Shown here piece after piece: positions 8,729 to 16,634 of a DNA stretch of 54,668 bases (positions are counted from its first letter, which is position 1; each line of letters starts with the position of its first letter). A program made the position numbers and the translations under genes. This DNA comes from a virus. The notes under the pieces are model-generated. The model had not been told where the DNA came from. It made no database searches and saw nothing but the letters and a program-made list of their open reading frames with translations. The DNA lies in the IMG/VR virus record IMGVR_UViG_3300050026_000192. One strand, given 5' to 3'.

Positions 8729-8832
8729 GCGACCGGCCCCAGGAACTGATTGACGATAGGCTCGGCGAAGAAGCCGGCGATTCGCACGCGCCACGAATTG
8801 TCCGGGGCATCACGGACGACGCCATTGGATGA
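8725..8832 (+). CDS. short ORF (35 aa), possibly the 5' part of a frame-disrupted gene
   Basis: ATG 8725 overlaps the upstream TGA, continuing the coupled chain. Translation: MSDRPQELIDDRLGEEAGDSHAPRIVRGITDDAIG. Confidence 0.3.
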   Translation: MSDRPQELIDDRLGEEAGDSHAPRIVRGITDDAIG

Positions 8833-9136
8833 AGACCTTTCCGTTCCTTTGGACAACCACCGCACGCTGTGGTTGACTGAAATTTCACGCGCGACTTTCG
8901 ACGATCAGGCGCTCGATGAGTTAGGGGGCGACGGGGGACTTTTTATAGTGTTGGAAGATTGTGCACAAGGGACGTTCGAAGTTCTCGCAAAAGCAGCGTC
9001 AACCTTTGCCGGCGCGTCTCTCTTGAATTTATTGGCGGCTTCCCTGCCAGGGGTGGCCGGCGAGGTCGAAGACGTGCACAACCCCAATCCGTCGGCCAAC
9101 CGACTCGGCCGACCATGTGTCGATCAAGATATATGA
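8825..9136 (+). CDS. hypothetical protein, start uncertain
   Basis: Frame of track ORF 8750..9136. Only TTG starts are available (8750 or 8825) and there is no clear RBS. The sequence looks protein-like from DEDLSVPLDNH onward. Confidence 0.35.
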   Translation: MDEDLSVPLDNHRTLWLTEISRATFDDQALDELGGDGGLFIVLEDCAQGTFEVLAKAASTFAGASLLNLLAASLPGVAGEVEDVHNPNPSANRLGRPCVDQDI

Positions 9137-9138
9137 GC

Positions 9139-9186
9139 GACATATTGTCTGTCAAGGTTTCTGGTAGACAATGTGTCTATCAAGGT
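9139..9186. repeat. two about-20-bp direct repeats, GACAWWKTGTCTRTCAAGGT
   Basis: gacatattgtctgtcaaggt (9139-9158) and gacaatgtgtctatcaaggt (9167-9186). The 13-mer cores differ at one base. Confidence 0.7.
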
Positions 9187-9260
9187 CACCTGTTGCCGCG
9201 GCGACAAAGAAATCACGCTGCGGTAGAAATTTCAAATTAGGACACTACCAAAAAGGGAAC

Positions 9261-9300
9261 GTGAGGTCCCGCACCATAAGGGGAAGGTGCGGGACCTCAC
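9261..9300. terminator. perfect 15-bp stem hairpin between the convergent operons
   Basis: gtgaggtcccgcacc / 10-nt loop / ggtgcgggacctcac. A T5 run follows on the minus-strand side. Confidence 0.55.
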
Positions 9301-9447
9301 TTACTGATTGCTCGCGTCTCGACGGACGGTGGTGGGCCGGGCAGATTTCCAACATTTCAGGGAATCTGCGTGATTCGCGGATGGTGAGGGAATTACGGGC
9401 CTCTTGATGCGTAATGGCTATTTTGAAAGTCCCGCACCCTAGAACGC

Positions 9448-9482
9448 AAAAAGCGCCCGCCGGCCATTGCTGGCGCGGCGGG
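9448..9482 (-). terminator. intrinsic terminator of the late (minus-strand) operon
   Basis: The minus strand reads cccgccgcgcc-agcaat-ggccggcggg, then cgcTTTTTgcg, about 20 nt downstream of the stop at 9504. Confidence 0.65.
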
Positions 9483-9487
9483 AAGGC

Positions 9488-9498
9488 GGGGGGGGGGG
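9488..9498. repeat. G11 homopolymer
   Basis: Read directly. It lies between the stop codon at 9504 and the terminator hairpin. Confidence 0.9.
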
Positions 9499-9503
9499 CG
9501 CGA

Positions 9504-9866
9504 TCATTCTTTTTGATGGAACGCGACCCCGAGTGCGGATAACGACGTTCGGAACGAGTTCATGATCATGGTTCCCATGCGATCGAGGTCGTGCTTGGTC
9601 GCCATGTCGGAACGGACAACATCCATCTTCGCATCCACAGCTGCAAATTGACGCTCGATCTTCGCATCTTGCACGTCAAATTTCTTATCGGTTGACGTTC
9701 GATAAGCATCGAGTTCGGTCTTTACGCCTGCGGCAATTACTTCGGTTTGAGCGCTCCTACGGATGAGCCCGACGAGCGCCGTGACCGAGATCGGCAGACT
9801 GCTACTTCCGAGGACCGTCACGAGAATTTCCCATGATGACCATGCCGTGTCGGGAACCCCAGCCAT
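9504..9866 (-). CDS. membrane-anchored coiled-coil protein (120 aa)
   Basis: ORF track. N-terminal hydrophobic helix, then a charged helical region. Last gene of the late operon. Confidence 0.6.
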   Translation of the reverse strand: MAGVPDTAWSSWEILVTVLGSSSLPISVTALVGLIRRSAQTEVIAAGVKTELDAYRTSTDKKFDVQDAKIERQFAAVDAKMDVVRSDMATKHDLDRMGTMIMNSFRTSLSALGVAFHQKE

Positions 9867-9904
9867 TTTTTGTTTTTACCTTCCGAGCCCTTAACGTAGG
9901 CCAC

Positions 9905-10609
9905 TTAAGTAACGCCATCGGTCATCAGCCGGAGAGAACCGTAAGCCGTCGTCACGCCGCCCCATGCCGCCGGGGTTGTCGGACCGCCGACGATGAGGAC
10001 GCCAGCTTGGTTAAAGCCGCCACTCCTAGATTCTACGGCAGTTATTCTAGCTTCCATCGGAGCAAACCGATCCTTAAGATCGGCATTCTTGCCTTCAACG
10101 GCCTGCTTTAATGTCTCGATCTTGTCGTCGGTGTTCTTGGCGGACGCCCGTTGGCTTTCGACGAGTTGGTCGATCTGTTTCGCCGTTGCTGTTTCGCTCT
10201 TGGCAATCGACAATGCGTTAGACTTATTTTGTTCGCCGACGGCCTCTTTCGCAGCCGCGAACGCCGCATCGACGGCGCTCTTGACATCGCGCGCTGCCTT
10301 CTCCGTCTGCACGTCGCCGAGTTGAAACCGTTCGTTCACGGTCTGCTTGAATACGGTAACGGCTTCTGTCAGGGCCTTAATCTTTTCTTCAGTGAGGGTT
10401 ATGCTTTGTTCGACGGCGATGTCCGTGTGCTTCGTAATCGTCGCGACCGAGTTGTTGACCCGCGCATCTATGGCGTCGATACGCGTTTCAATGACGTCGC
10501 GCAAAGACGAGATTGCGCGCGTAACCAACTCATTGGTAAGAGCGGTTGGGTCCGGGACTGGACGGCTCGTCCCATTATTCGGGACGTCGACATGTTCAAC
10601 TATTGCCAT
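9905..10609 (-). CDS. coiled-coil fibre-like protein with a mosaic C-terminus (234 aa)
   Basis: ORF track. Long helical Ala/Glu/Lys-rich region. The C-terminal GPTTPAAWGG and TTAYGSLRLMTDGV are shared at nucleotide level with the ORFs at 17099 and 16101. Confidence 0.65.
   Translation of the reverse strand: MAIVEHVDVPNNGTSRPVPDPTALTNELVTRAISSLRDVIETRIDAIDARVNNSVATITKHTDIAVEQSITLTEEKIKALTEAVTVFKQTVNERFQLGDVQTEKAARDVKSAVDAAFAAAKEAVGEQNKSNALSIAKSETATAKQIDQLVESQRASAKNTDDKIETLKQAVEGKNADLKDRFAPMEARITAVESRSGGFNQAGVLIVGGPTTPAAWGGVTTAYGSLRLMTDGVT
9911..9954. repeat. 44-bp perfect direct repeat, copy 1 (partner 16121..16164)
   Basis: aacgccatcggtcatcagccggagagaaccgtaagccgtcgtca is read at both sites. 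Confidence 0.9.
9955..9985. repeat. 31-bp perfect direct repeat, copy 1 (partner 17377..17407)
   Basis: cgccgccccatgccgccggggttgtcggacc is read at both sites. Confidence 0.9.
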
Positions 10610-10641
10610 TGAATTACCCTTTCGGCCCTTGAGTCAGGTCA

Positions 10642-10749
10642 GTTGCAATCTTGAGAATGTACAACACACGGCGCGAAATCGCGGACGACGCCACACCCCG
10701 CCGCCGAAGCGGCGAGGGCTAGGATGATGGCGAGCGCAAACATTTTCAT
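10642..10749 (-). CDS. small lipoprotein (35 aa), o-spanin-like
   Basis: Hand translation gives MKMFALAIILALAASAAGCGVVRDFAPCVVHSQDCN. Lipobox AAGC; GAGG RBS. Confidence 0.5.
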
Positions 10750-10757
10750 TTTGTACC

Positions 10758-11069
10758 TCACGCTGCCTTACCGGTTTGGCGGTCCGCTTCCGCATTTACG
10801 CGCCTGACTTCGCTTAAAAATTGCAGCATAAACTCATCAGCGTGAACACCGCTTTTATCTGGAACGTATCCAAATGGGATTTGGTGGCGATCAAGCCACG
10901 TCTCGCGGTTTAACTCGTACCACTGACGCACATAGTCGGCGATATCGTCACCCCGCGAAGTAGGGTCGCTACTGAACCGCATATCTGCGATGCAGACGCC
11001 CTCGCCCCAATAGCCCTCGCAGTACATGAGATGGCACTTCGGGCAGAACGTCTGATCCTTTTCACGCAT
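10758..11069 (-). CDS. hypothetical Cys-containing protein (103 aa)
   Basis: Internal ATG (MREKDQTFCPKCH...) of track ORF 10758..11117, just after the upstream stop. Confidence 0.55.
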   Translation of the reverse strand: MREKDQTFCPKCHLMYCEGYWGEGVCIADMRFSSDPTSRGDDIADYVRQWYELNRETWLDRHQIPFGYVPDKSGVHADEFMLQFLSEVRRVNAEADRQTGKAA

Positions 11070-11070
11070 C

Positions 11071-11370
11071 TCAGGGCGCCAACGGAGCTTCGCCGGCCGC
11101 AACCGCAGCGGCTTCAAAGGCGTCGTCGCATTGCTTGTCGAGTGTCGCGAGCGTTGCCATCTGTGCGGTTGTCGTCGCCGGGTTGGCGCTCAGCGCGGCG
11201 ATGACGTTCTTGATTGGCGCAATCAGATCCTCGGCTTCATGCACCACAACCGGGATAATCTGGACGAGCGCATTGATGACGGCGACGACCATGCTGGCCG
11301 CCGAGGTCGAGAGGACCGGGAGAAGCTGCGTCAGCAAAGCGACGACAGCGGCGGCGATAGAGGACATCAT
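11071..11370 (-). CDS. membrane protein (99 aa)
   Basis: Internal ATG (MMSSIAAAVVALLTQLLPVL...) of track ORF 11071..11436; hydrophobic N-terminal half. Confidence 0.55.
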   Translation of the reverse strand: MMSSIAAAVVALLTQLLPVLSTSAASMVVAVINALVQIIPVVVHEAEDLIAPIKNVIAALSANPATTTAQMATLATLDKQCDDAFEAAAVAAGEAPLAP

Positions 11371-11395
11371 GGGGGCATTCCTTGTGTTTGAGAAA

Positions 11396-11770
11396 TCACT
11401 TGACGTTGTATTGGGCGAGCGCCGATTCCAGTGCATTGATCGCCGTTATGGCCGTGTTGTAGAGGCTCACGGGGGCGGGTGATCCTGGATTGGCGTTTAC
11501 GTAGGCTTCCATTTGGCTGCGGGCAGTGCGAGCCGCGCGAACCGCCGGAACGATTGCCTTGGTCGCCGCGGCTGTGCGGCAGAGCGTTGCCGCAGGGCAG
11601 AGAGGCAGTCGGATATAGTTAGTCGCGGTTGCCTCGATGGCGTCGAACGAATTTCCAGCGACGATGACCTGAGTCGGCGATACCGTCGTTCCTTCTAGGG
11701 TTGAGACATACGCGCATCCGGAGAAGCCGAGCGCGCCGACGATGACGAGAGATGCGAGTTTGAGTTTCAT
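11396..11770 (-). CDS. lipoprotein (124 aa)
   Basis: MKLKLASLVIVGALGFSGC carries a lipobox. Its ATG overlaps the upstream TGA. Confidence 0.65.
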   Translation of the reverse strand: MKLKLASLVIVGALGFSGCAYVSTLEGTTVSPTQVIVAGNSFDAIEATATNYIRLPLCPAATLCRTAAATKAIVPAVRAARTARSQMEAYVNANPGSPAPVSLYNTAITAINALESALAQYNVK

Positions 11771-11895
11771 GGACGTTTTCCTGTCAGTTTGAGCCAGATT
11801 GAATATGGGACGCCCCACGCCACGATGAGAAAGATCACATACAGCAACGCAAGAACCCCAATCACCATGAGCGGGATGCTTAGCCAATGTGACAT
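11767..11895 (-). CDS. small membrane protein (42 aa)
   Basis: Hand translation gives MSHWLSIPLMVIGVLALLYVIFLIVAWGVPYSIWLKLTGKRP. TAATG and ATGA overlaps. Confidence 0.45.
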   Translation of the reverse strand: MSHWLSIPLMVIGVLALLYVIFLIVAWGVPYSIWLKLTGKRP

Positions 11896-12239
11896 TATTT
11901 TGCCGCCGGCGGGATGATCGGGGCGTTGATTTGCGGAGACGGCGACGTTTCGGAGACGACCTTGACGCCGTTGGTCTTGTCATCGTTGACAGCGGCAATC
12001 TGCGACTTCCGACTCGCCGTCCACGCGGCATAAGCTCCCGTCGCTAGGGCAATCAGCGGCGCGAGCCCAGTGGCGATCTGCGCGACGCCATTGCCAATTT
12101 GCGTGACGGAGGTAGTGATTGTCGAGGCTTGGTCGCCACTGATGACATGCAGCGCGGCGACGGCGGCAGTTGCGCCCATGCTGAATGTCAGGGCATGTCG
12201 CCCCGCCGCGGCAAATTGAGCTTGGGTAGGCATGTTCAT
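11895..12239 (-). CDS. holin-like membrane protein (114 aa)
   Basis: ORF track. Two or three hydrophobic helices, located in the lysis cassette. Confidence 0.55.
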   Translation of the reverse strand: MNMPTQAQFAAAGRHALTFSMGATAAVAALHVISGDQASTITTSVTQIGNGVAQIATGLAPLIALATGAYAAWTASRKSQIAAVNDDKTNGVKVVSETSPSPQINAPIIPPAAK

Positions 12240-12258
12240 TTTCGTTTTCCCTCAGACG

Positions 12259-12423
12259 TTAGAAGCGGCCCAACAGCATCAGCACGACAAGGATGATCAA
12301 CACCAATCCGACGACGCCAATGCCGCCGTGTCCGTAGCCGTAACCGTATCCCCACGGGGCGATGCTGCCACCAATCCCGCCGAACAGAATCAGGACGACG
12401 ACGATCAAAAGAATTAGTCCCAT
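12259..12423 (-). CDS. DUF3309-like small membrane protein (54 aa)
   Basis: Hand translation gives MGLILLIVVVLILFGGIGGSIAPWGYGYGYGHGGIGVVGLVLIILVVLMLLGRF. AGGAGAG RBS. Confidence 0.6.
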   Translation of the reverse strand: MGLILLIVVVLILFGGIGGSIAPWGYGYGYGHGGIGVVGLVLIILVVLMLLGRF

Positions 12424-12433
12424 TGCAACTCTC

Positions 12434-12544
12434 CTATTTTAGAAACTTGACGACCGCGGCGCCGACGAACGCGCCGACGAGGAAGATCGCGCCGGCGATC
12501 GCCCATAAGGTCACTTCCATCGTGACTAGGTCGCTGCCCATCAT
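12434..12544 (-). CDS. small membrane protein (36 aa)
   Basis: MMGSDLVTMEVTLWAIAGAIFLVGAFVGAAVVKFLK. TAATG overlap. Confidence 0.4.
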   Translation of the reverse strand: MMGSDLVTMEVTLWAIAGAIFLVGAFVGAAVVKFLK

Positions 12545-12627
12545 TACGGCATTCCCTTCACCAGCAGGACGATCGCCCAGATGACGATCGCGTCGACGAA
12601 TAGCTCGCCGAAGATGTCCGTGATCAT
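12544..12627 (-). CDS. small membrane protein (27 aa)
   Basis: MITDIFGELFVDAIVIWAIVLLVKGMP. ATGA overlap upstream. Confidence 0.35.
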   Translation of the reverse strand: MITDIFGELFVDAIVIWAIVLLVKGMP

Positions 12628-13124
12628 TGCGCGGGATTCGCCGCAACAAAGGCACTGTTGTCCGCGAACCACAAAGCCCAACGATTGGCGCCGAGTCCTC
12701 GACGCGCGGTGGCGTTCAGTGCGCCAGCACCTTCAAACAGGACACAGGCGGCGACCGACGCATCATATGGCGTCGTCGCGGCGGCGATCGCGTCGCGAGC
12801 CTTCTTCTCGACGGTGTTCAACTCCCACCAAGCCGCGGCGACGATGCGCTTGATGCTCTGTTCCTTGCGTACATCGATCCCAGTGTCGACTAGGATATCT
12901 ATTCCGCGCGGATTCCAGTGCCACTGATAGAAGCTGAACGCCTGGTCGTGGTCGCCTACGGCGTACCACGTGAACGCACTCTCGAACTCGGCCTGGGTCA
13001 CCATGGCGATTGCGAACGTGTCCGAGCGGACGAGCGACATCCATGCGTTGAACGTCTGGGCGGCGCGGTTGAAAAAAATGTTTCCGGCGGGCGGCCAGAC
13101 GGGGAGGGTGAGGGCGTCGGTCAT
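12624..13124 (-). CDS. hypothetical protein (166 aa)
   Basis: Internal ATG (MTDALTLPVWPP...) of track ORF 12624..13277. Confidence 0.6.
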   Translation of the reverse strand: MTDALTLPVWPPAGNIFFNRAAQTFNAWMSLVRSDTFAIAMVTQAEFESAFTWYAVGDHDQAFSFYQWHWNPRGIDILVDTGIDVRKEQSIKRIVAAAWWELNTVEKKARDAIAAATTPYDASVAACVLFEGAGALNATARRGLGANRWALWFADNSAFVAANPAQ

Positions 13125-13128
13125 GTTT

Positions 13129-13449
13129 TTAGCCGTCCTCGTTCCCGTATTCTCGGATATGAGCGAAGATTTTTGCTTCGGTCTCGTAATAGTCAACCGT
13201 CGCATTAATGTTGTTCTGCGCCGCTTGGCGTTCTCCATCGACATACGCCGCATCACGCATAGCGAGAAGCTGCGCATCGGTAAGCGTTAATCGATCTTCC
13301 CAACAAGCGAGATCAATCTTGCTTTTGGCAAGCCCCTTGTCGTAGGCGCTTGGCAAACCCAGTTTGACCAACCCATCATAAGCGCTCTGTTGAGGCGCTG
13401 GCGGCGCATAGACTAGGTTCATGTTGGTGGGCATCTCGGCATCAGTCAT
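13129..13449 (-). CDS. hypothetical protein (106 aa)
   Basis: ORF track. ATGA overlap with the amidase stop. Confidence 0.6.
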   Translation of the reverse strand: MTDAEMPTNMNLVYAPPAPQQSAYDGLVKLGLPSAYDKGLAKSKIDLACWEDRLTLTDAQLLAMRDAAYVDGERQAAQNNINATVDYYETEAKIFAHIREYGNEDG

Positions 13450-14126
13450 GGCGCAATACCCGCGGTCGCGTCGGCGGCGGCCTGTTCATCCGCGCATAGG
13501 CGAAGAGGTTCGGCGGGCGGCGTCCAGACCGGCGCGCCGCTCACGCTGGTCATCGCCGCCGCGCGCGCGAGGATCTTGCTCCACTGGAGCGCCCCTGGAT
13601 CCCAATGCGAGTCTGGCAACGGCACGTCGCCGTGGCCGTACCAGCCGCCGACGATGCCCCACTTGCCGGCGCTGCGGTGCGGGTTGTTCCCGTAGGCCCC
13701 GTAGTCGCCGTCCGCCCACGGGTGAGTGAGCGCGATCCCGTACTCGCGTTGGCAGACCGCCATCAGAGACGCAAGGGCATCCATCGTCTGATCGTCTGGG
13801 AGCCACGGCATCTGCTTTGAGAAGCCAATCATTTCAATTTGGATAATCGCTTGGTCGTTATGCGTGACCAACGCGGCGCCGATCGTCCCGACTTGGACAA
13901 GCTGCGCAATCCGAACCTTGTTCTGTGAATCGTCGAGCCCTAGCAGGAAGTGCGGTGCGTAGTGGGTCTTGAACACGGACAGACTGCTATTCCAGTTACC
14001 CTCGGTCGTGTGGAGAACGCCAGTGCGTGGGGTGATCAGATTGACGGGGATGCTGAAGTGAGGACAGGGGATTTGCTCGATGGTGAATTTCCCGGCCGTC
14101 TCTAGGAACGGCTTAACTTGGTTCAT
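13446..14126 (-). CDS. N-acetylmuramoyl-L-alanine amidase (Amidase_2-type endolysin)
   Basis: VLHTTEG and HGDVPLPDSHWDPG motifs. ATG 14126 follows GAGGATG; ATG 14207 is an in-frame alternative. Confidence 0.75.
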   Translation of the reverse strand: MNQVKPFLETAGKFTIEQIPCPHFSIPVNLITPRTGVLHTTEGNWNSSLSVFKTHYAPHFLLGLDDSQNKVRIAQLVQVGTIGAALVTHNDQAIIQIEMIGFSKQMPWLPDDQTMDALASLMAVCQREYGIALTHPWADGDYGAYGNNPHRSAGKWGIVGGWYGHGDVPLPDSHWDPGALQWSKILARAAAMTSVSGAPVWTPPAEPLRLCADEQAAADATAGIAP

Positions 14127-14203
14127 GGTCACATCCTCAACGTGGCGGCATAAAAAAGGAACAATGCAATCGCGAGAAGGGCCCAATCCATCCAAGACAC
14201 GGC

Positions 14204-14812
14204 TCATGTCCTGACGAAGACCAGCGACCGGCGCGACACGATGGCGCGGCCGACGCGATGGCCCCAATTTCCACTGACAACCTCAACCCGGTCGCCGAGC
14301 GACGCGACGACAACGCCGACGTGATAGGCGCCACGGCGGCCCATGAACACGGCGAGATCGCCCGGTCGCCCGACACTACGCGGCCCGTAAGAGAGTGCCG
14401 CGCCAGCCATGCGGTTTGCCAGCGGCGGTCGGCCGGTTGCGCGAAGCCATGCAGAGGTTCCGTCAGCGCACCATGGCCCAGGATAAGGCGTGAACTTGCC
14501 TGAGCCGACATAGTGCGCCGCCTCGGCGACCAAGTCCGAGCCGGTTCGCCAGGTCGCCACACCAGCGCCCCACGCCGCCTGAACCGCGATCGTCGGCGCG
14601 CCATGCCGCCAGTCAGGGGCATATTGCCTCGGCGCCCACGCGAGCCTCATTCGGGTGTGACGGCTCGTTCGCGCTGCCGTCTGCTGATGCAAGACCGGCG
14701 CAGCGAAGGATTGGACTGCAGGGCCAGCTCGCCCGTTGGCCTCGGCGGGGGCGGTGAGGCAAAGACATATGAGAGCGGCGACGGCCGCCAGCGAGGCGCT
14801 GAGAAGCTTCAT
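14204..14812 (-). CDS. exported CHAP/NlpC-P60-like peptidoglycan hydrolase (TIGR02594-like)
   Basis: Signal-like MKLLSASLAAVAALICLCLTAPAEA, then PWCADG...RPGDLAVF...AYHVGVV...VSGNWG. Confidence 0.7.
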   Translation of the reverse strand: MKLLSASLAAVAALICLCLTAPAEANGRAGPAVQSFAAPVLHQQTAARTSRHTRMRLAWAPRQYAPDWRHGAPTIAVQAAWGAGVATWRTGSDLVAEAAHYVGSGKFTPYPGPWCADGTSAWLRATGRPPLANRMAGAALSYGPRSVGRPGDLAVFMGRRGAYHVGVVVASLGDRVEVVSGNWGHRVGRAIVSRRSLVFVRT

Positions 14813-14816
14813 GGGG

Positions 14817-15131
14817 CTAGAACTCCATGGGGGCAAAAAAACAATAGATAGAGGCGTCGGGACCATTGGCTTCGATCCAAAAGCCCCAGAACTGGCCGTC
14901 TTGGCTGGGCAGCACATGATCGGGAGGGACGACGGTGTTCATCCCTTGGATATGCCAGCCATCGTCTTGAAGGCTTACGGCGTCGAGCGAGAGCAGGTGT
15001 GCATCGGCCTGCCCGCAGCAAGCGTCTTTAACCCATGCCGGAACCGGAACGCCGTTCGCCCAGTAGTCGTGAGCCTGAGCGGGGCGACCAGCCGCGGCAA
15101 GTGCGAGGATGAGCGCAGCGAGGATTCTCAT
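14817..15131 (-). CDS. small exported Cys-containing protein (104 aa)
   Basis: Signal peptide MRILAALILALAAAGRPAQA. TGATG overlap upstream. Confidence 0.6.
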   Translation of the reverse strand: MRILAALILALAAAGRPAQAHDYWANGVPVPAWVKDACCGQADAHLLSLDAVSLQDDGWHIQGMNTVVPPDHVLPSQDGQFWGFWIEANGPDASIYCFFAPMEF

Positions 15132-16099
15132 CAATATGCCCTGCACAGGAAGCCGATCTTGTCGGCTGAGACCCAAGTCGCGGCGCCGGCGATGTCCGAA
15201 TAGTCCGTCACGGTGACGGAGCTGGCCGAGCTGGCGATTTGGAGCACCTGGAAATTCGCCGTGGTGTGCGTTGTGATGTCGTTGGCCGAGCAGATCCATC
15301 CCGTCGTCGCCGTCGGCATAGCGACCACGCAAGTCGAACCGCTGGCCGTGCCGATGGTGACGACGAAGGCGTCCGTTCCATTCGGCGCGCTGATGCTCGG
15401 CGAGCCGCCGCCGCAGCCGGAGGAAATCGTCGGCGCCGTCGCCGAATCGGCGAGATTGGCGAATTTTAGGGAAGAGGTGAAGATCGACGCCGCCGGCGTC
15501 CCGCCGCCGATCGTTCCGGGCGCTGAGAACGTTGCGCCGTTCAGCTGTGATGCGTTGACGCCGGTGATATTGGTCCCGACGCCGGCGGAGGGTGTCCCAA
15601 GCGCCCCGCCGTTGATCACAGGCGACCCGGCCGTTCCGACGTTGAGTTGCAGCGCGGTCTCGACGCCGGCCCCGGCAGGAAAATGCTGGCTGACCCCGGC
15701 CACGCCGGCTCCGCCATAGAGTTGCACGGTCGTCAGGTTTGGCAACGCCAGAATTAGCTTGGCGTTAACAAATCCGTCCGTGGCGATGGCGGTCGAAGTG
15801 TCGGATGTGGTTTGCGTGGTCGCCGTGGGCATTCCGGTCAATGCCGGAGAGCTGGCGAACACCAGCGACCCCGTCCCCGTCTCATCCGTTATCGCGGCGG
15901 CGAGATTGGCGGAGGTGGGGGTGAGAAGCCACGCGGGAACATTCGTTCCAAGCACAAACGGGCTTGGGATTGCCGAACCCCCGCCAAAGTTTGCGCATAC
16001 GGCACCGGGAAGGAAGACACCCGAGCAAGACGCCAGCGCCGGCCCCGCAAACAGACCAAAAAGCGCTAGGGAGCCAAAGAGACTGAGAAGCTTCCTCAT
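15131..16099 (-). CDS. fibre-like protein with a lipoprotein/Sec signal (322 aa)
   Basis: The N-terminus MRKLLSLFGSLALFGLFAGPALASC carries an LASC lipobox. The ITDETGTGSLVFASSPALTG motif is common in tail fibres. There are seven Cys. Confidence 0.65.
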   Translation of the reverse strand: MRKLLSLFGSLALFGLFAGPALASCSGVFLPGAVCANFGGGSAIPSPFVLGTNVPAWLLTPTSANLAAAITDETGTGSLVFASSPALTGMPTATTQTTSDTSTAIATDGFVNAKLILALPNLTTVQLYGGAGVAGVSQHFPAGAGVETALQLNVGTAGSPVINGGALGTPSAGVGTNITGVNASQLNGATFSAPGTIGGGTPAASIFTSSLKFANLADSATAPTISSGCGGGSPSISAPNGTDAFVVTIGTASGSTCVVAMPTATTGWICSANDITTHTTANFQVLQIASSASSVTVTDYSDIAGAATWVSADKIGFLCRAY

Positions 16100-16100
16100 C

Positions 16101-16634
16101 TTAAATCACCGTCCACTTGGAAACGCCATCGGTCATCAGCCGGAGAGAACCGTAAGCCGTCGTCAGGACCTGTGTCGTGGAGCCGCTGATTTTGTCGGTC
16201 CCGTTTGCCGCCGCCGTAATCGTCTTTGTTGCCGAACAAGACCCACTTTCATCAACGATCACGAGTTGTGACCCGGCGCTATAATTTCCGGCCGGCAGAA
16301 GAGACACGACCCTCGCGGCTGTCAGTGACGTATAGGCGATCAGACCTTCGGAAACCGCCGCCGCGTGGTCTGCATCGGCGACCGCGATGCGCTGAGAATT
16401 GAGAACGTAGGCGGTGAGTTGGGAGAACGTGATATTGCTGTACGTCTTGGAGACCGTGTCGAACACCGGCCATTCGTGCGTCGCCAGGATTGACGGCGCA
16501 GTGGCGAAAGCCGCGTAATTCAGACCGACCGTCCAAATTCCGTTGGACTTCGCAACCGTGACGCCTGGACCTGAAGAGACGCGCGAGGGGAAGGGCGACC
16601 GGCAGTTAACGCGGATGTTGCTCGGCAGTGTCAT
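16101..16634 (-). CDS. tail-fibre-associated protein (177 aa)
   Basis: Internal ATG (MTLPSNIRV...) with TAATG overlap. C-terminal TTAYGSLRLMTDGVSKWTVI is shared with ORF 9905. Confidence 0.6.
   Translation of the reverse strand: MTLPSNIRVNCRSPFPSRVSSGPGVTVAKSNGIWTVGLNYAAFATAPSILATHEWPVFDTVSKTYSNITFSQLTAYVLNSQRIAVADADHAAAVSEGLIAYTSLTAARVVSLLPAGNYSAGSQLVIVDESGSCSATKTITAAANGTDKISGSTTQVLTTAYGSLRLMTDGVSKWTVI
16121..16164. repeat. 44-bp perfect direct repeat, copy 2
   Basis: Identical to 9911..9954. Confidence 0.9.

Noticed and set aside
9137-9503. An attP site in the convergence region
   Set aside because: No integrase or excisionase is encoded and no tRNA-like core is visible. The repeats are reported only as unexplained binding-site candidates.
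14129-14200. A 20-23 aa hydrophobic ORF (MDWALLAIALFLFYAATLRM) between the two lysin genes
   Set aside because: It is too short to support as a feature from sequence alone. It also competes with an in-frame upstream start (ATG 14207) of the amidase. It is mentioned only in the lysis finding.
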